From Candidatus Bathyarchaeota archaeon (GTDB taxonomy: Archaea > Thermoproteota > Bathyarchaeia > Bathyarchaeales > Bathycorpusculaceae), in assembly GCA_963702095.1 (NCBI GenBank), contig OY969706.1:96001-160000 (forward strand): a stretch of 64,000 bases of DNA, given 5' to 3'. Under the pieces are notes generated by a model. The model saw nothing but the letters and a program-made list of their open reading frames with translations. It did no database searches and was not told where the DNA came from. Every line of letters starts with the position of its first letter. Within the stretch, counting starts at the first letter, position 1. This document shows positions 57,013-64,000 of the stretch, piece after piece. The position numbers and the translations under genes are program-made.

Positions 57013-58494
57013 ATGAAGGTTCTCCTGATTAATCCGCCGCAGACGTTTTTTGCGGGTTCCGAGCCCCCCGCAGGCAACTTACCCATAGGCCTGATGTATT
57101 TAGCGGCGGTGCTGCAAAGAGCCCACGTCCAAGTAGAAATCCTCGACGCCTTCTTCACAGGAGGCGAATTCAAAGAGAACGATGAAACCCAGACAGTCGG
57201 CTTACCCATCGAAAAAATAAAACAGGAAATCCAAAACAGAAACCCAGACATCGTGGGAATCGCAGGACCCTTCACCTGCCAAATCGAAAACACAATCAAA
57301 GTCTGCGTGGCAGCCAAAGAAGTCAACCCCAATATCCTAACCGTTGTCGGTGGACCCCACGTAACCTTGGTTCCCAAAGAGTTCCTAGACGAAGTCAAAA
57401 CCGCAGATATAGCCGTCGTCGGGGAAGGCGAGTATACGTTGCTTGAAATCGTCCAGCATTTCGAAGACAAAAAACCCTTAAACGACATCAAAGGGGTCGC
57501 TTTCCGCCAAAACGGCGTGGTCACCGTTAATCCGCCTCGCCCATTCATTACTAATTTGGATGAATTGCCCTATCCCGCCTACGACCTAGTCGATATGGAA
57601 CAGTACCTAAACCCAGTGCACATAGGGTACCGCAGCTTCCAAAACCGCGCCATATCCATGATAACCAGCCGCGGATGCCCCTTCAACTGCTGCTTCTGCG
57701 CCGTTCACCTCCACATGGGACAAGGCTTCCGCGCCCACTCAGCCCAATACGTCCTAGACCACATACAATTCGTAGTGGACAAATTCAAAGTCAAAAACAT
57801 CTTTTTCGAAGACGACAACTTAACCCTTGACCTCAAACGCTTCGAAGCCATATGCGACGGCTTAATCGAACGCAAAATCCACGTCGGCTGGGAAACCCCC
57901 AACGGAGTCCGCGCAGACTGCCTCAACATGGAGTTGCTAAAGAAAATGAAGCGGTCAGGCGTCAAAAGCATCTTTGTCGGCGTTGAATCGGGGGACCAGC
58001 AAATCCTCGACAAAGTCATCTGCAAAAGCCTCGACCTCAACAAAGTGGTAGAGTTTGCGAAGAATAGCCATGAACTCGGGTTAAAAACAGGCGCTTTCTA
58101 CATAATCGGGTTCCCCGGTGAGACCAAAGAGAATATGCAGCGGACAGTCGATTTTGCTTTGATGCTTAAGCGTAAGTATGATGTGGGTATGCACCTCTTT
58201 GCTGCGACGCCCAGCTATGGCACCCGACTCTATGAAGAATGCAAAGCCAAAGGCTATTTGCCATCTGATTTGACTTGGAACAGTTTTGCCCAGGCACGTC
58301 AGGCAAAGGGGTTGCCGCTGATTGCAACCAACGAGTTTACGCCGGGGGAAGTCAAGGAGATTGCGGCTGAGGCGTTGGCACAGTACAAGAAGCTATCGTT
58401 GATGGGTCACGTTAAGCATCCGAGGAAGGCTCTAAGGACCATGTTTGATCAGCCGCAGTTGATTGTTAAATACCTTAAAAACCTTGTTTCGTAG
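57013..58494 (+). CDS. B12-binding radical SAM protein
   Basis: LLINPP, GGPH, GEGE, TSRGCPFNCCFC, GVESG, IIGFPGET. Confidence 0.93.
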   Translation: MKVLLINPPQTFFAGSEPPAGNLPIGLMYLAAVLQRAHVQVEILDAFFTGGEFKENDETQTVGLPIEKIKQEIQNRNPDIVGIAGPFTCQIENTIKVCVAAKEVNPNILTVVGGPHVTLVPKEFLDEVKTADIAVVGEGEYTLLEIVQHFEDKKPLNDIKGVAFRQNGVVTVNPPRPFITNLDELPYPAYDLVDMEQYLNPVHIGYRSFQNRAISMITSRGCPFNCCFCAVHLHMGQGFRAHSAQYVLDHIQFVVDKFKVKNIFFEDDNLTLDLKRFEAICDGLIERKIHVGWETPNGVRADCLNMELLKKMKRSGVKSIFVGVESGDQQILDKVICKSLDLNKVVEFAKNSHELGLKTGAFYIIGFPGETKENMQRTVDFALMLKRKYDVGMHLFAATPSYGTRLYEECKAKGYLPSDLTWNSFAQARQAKGLPLIATNEFTPGEVKEIAAEALAQYKKLSLMGHVKHPRKALRTMFDQPQLIVKYLKNLVS

Positions 58495-58605
58495 TTTTCG
58501 GCAGCTAAATAGGCACAGAACATTGTGCTGTATAGTAGCCATTTGTATGCCAAGATTTATATTTGAACACATCCGATAGAATATATAAACTAGGCGATTT
58601 GCAGA

Positions 58606-58872
58606 ATGAAACGTCACGAAGCAATCAATTGCCTAAGAGAAATCAACAACTCCTGCTACAAGATCAACAACTCCTGCTACAACATGTCCCCTGCTTTTGT
58701 CGCTCTCATGAATTCTAAACGAGACGACCAACTATCAATCGGGTACCAAGTGCACATACAAGGAGTGCTGGATCATGATTCAAGAGCCAAAATCCTCGAT
58801 ATCCTCAAAAAATACGGTTTGGCACTAAGCGAAGAACCCAACAAAATAGTTATCTACAAACCGAAACGGTAG
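58606..58872 (+). CDS. Small hypothetical protein with an in-frame 21 bp tandem duplication (INNSCYK/N x2)
   Basis: ATCAACAACTCCTGCTACAA at 58642-58661 and 58663-58682. Confidence 0.65.
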   Translation: MKRHEAINCLREINNSCYKINNSCYNMSPAFVALMNSKRDDQLSIGYQVHIQGVLDHDSRAKILDILKKYGLALSEEPNKIVIYKPKR

Positions 58873-58888
58873 CAAAGCCGAAAAAAGA

Positions 58889-58967
58889 TGGCGGGCCCGC
58901 TGGGATTTGAACCCAGGATTCTCGGCTCCGGAGGCCTGATGCCTTATCCGTACTAGACTACGAGCCC
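58889..58967 (-). tRNA. tRNA-Arg(CCG), CCA encoded
   Basis: GGGCTCG/CGGGCCC acceptor, loop CTCCGGA, TTCAAAT; one extra A in the 5' anticodon stem. Confidence 0.9.
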
Positions 58968-59007
58968 ACAAGGCGAAACAAACTGAACTTCCCGATTTAA
59001 AGATAAC

Positions 59008-59523
59008 TTATTCTTGGATAATCTCTTGGTCTATCCACCAAGCCTTCTTCTTCCCCGACCGCTCACCAGCATAGTATTCGATGATGGATTTGCCCGCTTG
59101 CTTCTTGCTGTTGCGCTCGATTTTCTGCAGCCTGTTTAGCACCAGCCAACGGTTGGTTTTGAGGTAATCTGCCAATTCGGGGGTGGTTGCGGATTTGTAG
59201 TTTAGGAGGTATTCGATGATTTTGCGGTCGAAGTCGTCGAGGGCGTATTGGTAGGGGTTGATTTTGCCATGTTGGAACGTGAGGATTTCGAGGTCAGAGA
59301 GGTACTTTTTGATTTGACCAAACTGCTCTTCAAGCTGTGCCATGCGACCTTCGAGGGCTAAGAGTTTGTCGGGTCTGGGGGTTTTCTGCAGTTTCTCATG
59401 GATGGCTTCGCGGATAAAGTCGCTTCTGTCGCCCTCAGGGATACGCAGTGCCATCTCCTGGTAGACTTCTTCAGGCAGTTTAACCGTTACTATTCTAGGG
59501 TTACCCAATGCTAGCCCTCGCAT
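59008..59523 (-). CDS. RHH + coiled-coil + HTH regulator
   Basis: IVTVKLPEE..RSDFIREAI; ATTPELADYL. Confidence 0.75.
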   Translation of the reverse strand: MRGLALGNPRIVTVKLPEEVYQEMALRIPEGDRSDFIREAIHEKLQKTPRPDKLLALEGRMAQLEEQFGQIKKYLSDLEILTFQHGKINPYQYALDDFDRKIIEYLLNYKSATTPELADYLKTNRWLVLNRLQKIERNSKKQAGKSIIEYYAGERSGKKKAWWIDQEIIQE

Positions 59524-59598
59524 GGAGATTATGGCACTTTAATTATTTCATAGTTTCCCTTAGCTGGTTAACTGCAATACGGTGCTTTGGGCATATCA

Positions 59599-59760
59599 TG
59601 CTAGTGCTGCTTGCATTGCGCTATGTTGCTGTTCAAGTGGAGAAAAAAGCAAATGATACATGGTTTCACACACATCCTGACCGCTTCAACATAGAACCAT
59701 GCACCGCTTGTGGAGAAAAACACCATTGCCACACCCACATAAAGAGAGAAAAACGAAAAA
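59599..59760 (+). repeat. Intergenic repeat family A, internally deleted copy A5
   Basis: GCTAGTGCT..AAAAGCAAATGATACATGG..TGTGGAGAAAAAC..GCCACACCCACATAAAGAG; about 90 bp missing between the two CCACACC motifs. Confidence 0.8.
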
Positions 59761-59873
59761 ATGCTTCAGCCTACCGCAACCCAACGCTAAAACAGCGTTG
59801 TTACATTTGTTGTTTCCCATCTAGCAATACAAATTTATTTGAGGGAAAACAAGATTACACCTACGGTGAAAAA

Positions 59874-60789
59874 ATGACCGATTGGTCTAACAAGGATTTG
59901 TTGATTTTAGCGTTTGATCATCGCGCTTCTTTTATCGAAAAATTGTTCGGTATCAAAGGGCGTGCCCCGACAGTTGAAGAGAGAAAAGCCATTGAAGAAG
60001 CCAAGCAAATAATTTTTGAAGGCTTCAAGTTGGCGCTTGAGCGGAAGGTTCCCAAAAACATGGCTGGCTTGCTGGTTGACGAAGAATTCGGCGCAGAGAT
60101 TTTACGGGAAGCCAAAAAAGACGGCTTCAACTTTGCCATGCCTGCAGAGAAATCGGGGCAAGAAGAATTTGACTTCGAATACGGCGGCCAATTCGCCAAG
60201 CACATCGAAGAATTCGACCCCACCTTCCTCAAAGTATTGGTCCGCTACAACCCAGAAAGCGACCCCACACTAAACAAACGCCAACTTGAGAGACTAAAGA
60301 TACTCAGCAATTACCTCGCAAAGAACAACCGAACCTTCCTCTTCGAACTCATCGTCCCCGCCACACCCGAGCAACTTGCAAAGGTAGGCGGCCGAAAAAT
60401 CAGCTTACGACACCCAGTTGCGCCCTAAACTCATGTGTGAATGCCTAAAGCAAATCCAAGACGCCGGCGTGGAACCAGCCATCTGGAAACTCGAAGGCGT
60501 CGAAGACCCAGAAGACGCCAAAGCCATAGTTGCCCAAGCCCAAGCGGGCGGACGCAAAGTAGGCGTCATCACACTGGGGCGCGGCGAATCCAAAGACAAA
60601 GTCAAGGAGTGGTTGGCAGTGGGCGCCAAAATCCCTGGTATCATCGGCTTCGCTGTGGGACGAACCATATTCTGGGATCCACTCGTTGAATTTAGGGCAG
60701 GCAAAGCAGATAGGAAAGTTGTAAGCGAGAAAATTGCTCAGAACTACATTGAATTTGTAGAACTCTGGCAAAACGAAAGGAAAAAGTGA
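59874..60789 (+). CDS. DUF2090/IolC-C-terminal-like class I aldolase-type TIM barrel (apparent +1 frameshift near 60392)
   Basis: LAFDHR, LVDEEFG, EKSGQ, KVLVRYNP, WKLEG, LGRG, GFAVGRTIF. Confidence 0.8.
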
Positions 60790-61778
60790 TATACATGACC
60801 TCATTGCGATCTCTCGGACCATCTTTAATACGCATAACCACCGCCGGCTCCTTAGGAGCAGCCCTCCACATAGGCAAAGGCGAACCAGACATGGTAGACC
60901 AAACCGCACTGGACTTTTCCCGAGCAGTCCTCAACCAAACAGAGATTGACGGCGAAGTCATCTGTTGCGAAGGACCCAAAGACAACGCCCCCGCCTTTAA
61001 CAACCGCGAAAAAGTCGGCACCGGCAACGGACCCAAAGTCGAATTTGTCATCGACCAAGTTGACGGCACCACCGCAACTTCAAAAGGCAGAAAAGATGCC
61101 ATTTCCGCTTTAGCATGCGCCCCCGCAGGCTGCCTCCAAGTGCTACCAGACGACGGCTACTACTTTAAAGTGGCAACCAACGGCATAGCGAAAGGCAAAA
61201 TAAACCTCGACATGTCCATAGAGGAAATCGTGCAGACCGTAGCCAAACTCAAAAAACGACCATTAGCCAACTTCACTGTCATCATGCTTGAGCGGCCCAG
61301 ACACGACGAATTGCTAAAACGCCTTAGAAAGATAGGGGTACGAATCATCCTCATCACCGACGGCGACATCGCCGGTTCCATCGTCACTTGCCTACCGGAC
61401 TCAGGCGTAGACTTGCTTTTAGGTGCAGGTGCAGGCGCAGAAGCCACAATCGCAGCCACCGCAGTGAAATGCCTCGGCGGAACCATGCTGGTTAAGGTTT
61501 GGAAAGACAAAAAAGACGACCCCAAACGCATGGAACGGTTAAAAGCTGCAGGCGTCGACGTGGAGAAAACCTACACTGAAGACGAGTTAGCGAAGGGCAA
61601 CGAAATGATTTTTGCTGCTTCAGGCGTTACCAAGGGCGAAATGCTTGATGGCGTACGCTTTATCCAAGGCGGCGCAAAGGTGCAGTCGCTTTGCACACGG
61701 TTGCCCAGCGGCACAATCGAGTGGTCTCAGACTATTCTAAAGTTCAAAGAGCACCCGATCTACAAACAAATAACCTAA
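60786..61778 (+). CDS. glpX: Fructose-1,6-bisphosphatase class II
   Basis: EG.KD.AP, DQVDGT, RPRH, DGDI, GAGAE, GVT.GEMLDGV. Confidence 0.88.
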   Translation: MIYMTSLRSLGPSLIRITTAGSLGAALHIGKGEPDMVDQTALDFSRAVLNQTEIDGEVICCEGPKDNAPAFNNREKVGTGNGPKVEFVIDQVDGTTATSKGRKDAISALACAPAGCLQVLPDDGYYFKVATNGIAKGKINLDMSIEEIVQTVAKLKKRPLANFTVIMLERPRHDELLKRLRKIGVRIILITDGDIAGSIVTCLPDSGVDLLLGAGAGAEATIAATAVKCLGGTMLVKVWKDKKDDPKRMERLKAAGVDVEKTYTEDELAKGNEMIFAASGVTKGEMLDGVRFIQGGAKVQSLCTRLPSGTIEWSQTILKFKEHPIYKQIT

Positions 61779-61864
61779 ACCTCTCTTCCATTTTTGTGGA
61801 AGACCTTTTTTTAGACTCAAACCTATGGGCTACTGTTTACTAAGAAATACCGAACATGGGTGAA

Positions 61865-62461
61865 TTAGGCGTGGGTATGAGTGTGTTGGTGCTCATGTTC
61901 ATCTTCAGGGAACGTCTGCCCAGCCAACTCTGCCAACTCGTGGTAGCGTTCATCCACAATTTCATGGAGCCGCTTGAGTAATTCTTCACCGGTAATGTTG
62001 CGTCCCTTAAGCATAGCCATTTTTTTGGCAAGTTCCTCGTCGCCAAGCCCCCTAAACCATGCTTCGAAGTCGCCGCGTTTGAAGTGGAATTCAAGCGATA
62101 TCGGGTCAACCTTGTCGATTTTAACTGTGAAGTCCCGCAGGTTATGGGCGTGGATGCTGAGTGGTTGACCGACTGTCGAGTAGAAGCTGAATGCTCTGTC
62201 GTGTGGGGCATAGGCAAGTATGGCTGTGGCTTTTTCTTTGGTGATTTCGGGGAAGCCCAGAGTTTGTTTTCCCCGTGCTGATATGATGTAGAGTCCTTTT
62301 TCTGGGGATGAGATGTAGCCCATGCGTTGGAGTCCCAAGAGGTGCATCATGACAGGCTGGAATTCTTTGTGTGCATCCTTAGCGATGTCTGTGGCTCTCA
62401 TCGGTTTTTCGTTGAGGAACATACACTCCAGAATTTCCTTTTTAATAGGTGATAAACTCAT
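61865..62461 (-). CDS. wHTH-DUF5752 fusion protein with His-rich tail
   Basis: VMMHLLGL...G.Y.IS.RGK wing; FSFY..A.NLRDF..SLEFH..RGDFEAW. Confidence 0.7.
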   Translation of the reverse strand: MSLSPIKKEILECMFLNEKPMRATDIAKDAHKEFQPVMMHLLGLQRMGYISSPEKGLYIISARGKQTLGFPEITKEKATAILAYAPHDRAFSFYSTVGQPLSIHAHNLRDFTVKIDKVDPISLEFHFKRGDFEAWFRGLGDEELAKKMAMLKGRNITGEELLKRLHEIVDERYHELAELAGQTFPEDEHEHQHTHTHA

Positions 62462-62629
62462 TTTGTTGGCACCTGCCTGTATCTGCTATGTAAATCGGGG
62501 CTAATCAAACTTTTCCTCAACAAAGCATAGAATAAATGGTACCGCTTGGTTTAGGCGGCTTCTTTGAATAAGTAAAGCTTTAGTACACTGTTTCCCACCT
62601 AATCCTATAATAATGGTGACTCTTAAAGG

Positions 62630-63880
62630 ATGAAGATAGCTGTTTTTGTCTACGAGTACCCCCCTAAAATCGTTGGGGGACTAGGAACCTACGCTGCAGA
62701 AATCACCCGCAAATTCGTTTTAAACGACCACGACGTAACCGTCTTCACCATGAACGATGACGCGGGCTCTTTACCGACACGTGAAATCTGGCGCGGCATA
62801 GAAATCCACCGCCCCCTCCACATCGACGTGTCCGATTCATTGCCTGATGTCATAGCCGAAGACATACGCAAATGGGGCAGAGGCATCCACCTCTTCGGCA
62901 AACTCATGGTTTACAACTACCTCTCCGCGGCTAAACTGGTTAACGAGTTGATCAAGCGCGAAGGCATGAAATACGACATTGTAGTGGCGCATGACTGGCT
63001 CTCCGCTATGGGCGGTATAACGGTGAAGCGGGAAACGGATTTGCCCTTTGCTTTCCACGTGCACAGCACCGAGAAAGGCCGCACTATGGGCAACGGTTCA
63101 GGCGTCGTAAGCAACATAGAGTTGCGTGCAGGCAAAACCGCTGATATGGTTGTCACAGTATCGTACGCCATGAAAGACGAACTCATCGGATTGGGTTTTC
63201 CACGAGACAAAATTCAGGTAAGCTACAACGGTGTGGACCCACAGAAGTATAACCCTGCAAACGTTAACCCCGCCGATATCGCGCGTATCCGAGCCAAATA
63301 CGGCATAAAGGACGACGAATTCATGATTCTTTTCTTAGGCCGACTCGTCGGCGTCAAAGGCGTAGACAAACTTATCATGGCATTGCCCCATATCCTAACC
63401 AAAATCCCCAAAGCCCGCTTGGTCATCGTTGGCGTCGGCGACTTGCAGGAGTACCTCCAAAACCTCACTCGCACCATACGCCTCAACGAATACGTCAAAT
63501 TCTGCTTGGACTTCATCCCTGAAGAAGAACGCATCCTCCACTATGCTGCCTGCGACATAGCTGTGTTCCCAAGCTACTATGAACCCTTCGGCATCGTTGC
63601 TTTGGAAGCTATGAGCATGGAGAAACCGGTTGTGGTGGGCGCGGCAGGCGTGAGCGGCATGCGGGAGATCGTTATTTGCTGCGGCGAAGAGCAATGTGGC
63701 TACCACATCGACCCCAACAACCCCAGCGACATCGCTTGGGGAGTCATCAGCGCCCTCGAAAGCAGGGACCGCATGAAGATGCTGGGCAAAAACGGCAGAA
63801 AACGCGTCTTAGCAGAGTTCACATGGAACAAGATCGCAGAGAAAACCATTGCACTCTACGAAACCATCGCTAAACGGTAG
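62630..63880 (+). CDS. GT4 glycosyltransferase (glycogen-synthase-like)
   Basis: EYPPKIVGGLG, AHDW, HSTE, EPFGIVALEAM. Confidence 0.92.
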   Translation: MKIAVFVYEYPPKIVGGLGTYAAEITRKFVLNDHDVTVFTMNDDAGSLPTREIWRGIEIHRPLHIDVSDSLPDVIAEDIRKWGRGIHLFGKLMVYNYLSAAKLVNELIKREGMKYDIVVAHDWLSAMGGITVKRETDLPFAFHVHSTEKGRTMGNGSGVVSNIELRAGKTADMVVTVSYAMKDELIGLGFPRDKIQVSYNGVDPQKYNPANVNPADIARIRAKYGIKDDEFMILFLGRLVGVKGVDKLIMALPHILTKIPKARLVIVGVGDLQEYLQNLTRTIRLNEYVKFCLDFIPEEERILHYAACDIAVFPSYYEPFGIVALEAMSMEKPVVVGAAGVSGMREIVICCGEEQCGYHIDPNNPSDIAWGVISALESRDRMKMLGKNGRKRVLAEFTWNKIAEKTIALYETIAKR

Positions 63881-63885
63881 CACCT

Positions 63886-64000
63886 TTGCCTGAAGATAAT
63901 GAACTAAAACGTCGAGTAGCACGGGAAGCCGCCACACTGCTCTATTTTGGAGCAGAAAAAGAGTACAAACAAGCCAAAGACAAAGCCGCACAGACTTTGG
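63886..64000 (+). CDS. Partial CDS, probable nucleotidyltransferase-domain protein (runs off the window)
   Basis: TTG MPEDNELKRRVAREAATLLYFGAEKEYKQAK. Confidence 0.5.
   Translation, partial: MPEDNELKRRVAREAATLLYFGAEKEYKQAKDKAAQTL

Noticed and set aside
58930-58945. Extra base in the tRNA-Arg anticodon stem as an intron or frameshift-suppressor feature
   Set aside because: It is a single-nucleotide bulge with no bulge-helix-bulge motif and is best explained as an indel error.
9353-63706. Numerous antisense and alternate-frame ORFs in the supplied track (e.g. 9353-9739, 15180-15686, 22439-23044, 56931-57548)
   Set aside because: They shadow well-supported genes and carry no recognisable motifs.

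Overview
Archaeal chromosomal window, most consistent with Bathyarchaeia. This is an inference from the gene content (MtrH-like methyltransferase plus corrinoid protein, GH57/DUF5752, ArsR-TM fusion, PEF-type sorting signal, TATA/BRE promoters). It carries housekeeping and redox genes (purMSLQ, nth, hypA/mrp, tldD/pmbA, SOD, rubrerythrin, ferredoxin, glpX), tRNA-Gly(CCC) and tRNA-Arg(CCG). Main discoveries: (1) a 4.0 kb tyrosine-integrase element (17780-21790) inserted into the first codons of the DNA-repair gene endoQ, bounded by a 15 bp direct repeat; it orphans the native MRVIADLHI start and supplies a replacement MTRVYADLHI start. (2) A tandem array of six KGG/Em-GsiB-like (LEA group 1) hydrophilins plus a DUF2795 gene, all with a GGAGGTG Shine-Dalgarno and non-ATG starts. 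(3) At least 11 copies of structured intergenic repeats in three partly related families, one showing compensatory hairpin changes. (4) Several unusual proteins: a TIR lacking the catalytic Glu, a tandem double-Alba, a DUF2090+GlpX pair and a wHTH-DUF5752. Many 1-2 nt frameshifts, including one in purL, indicate indel errors in the consensus, so split genes should not be read as pseudogenes. All calls come from reading motifs by eye; no database searches were run.
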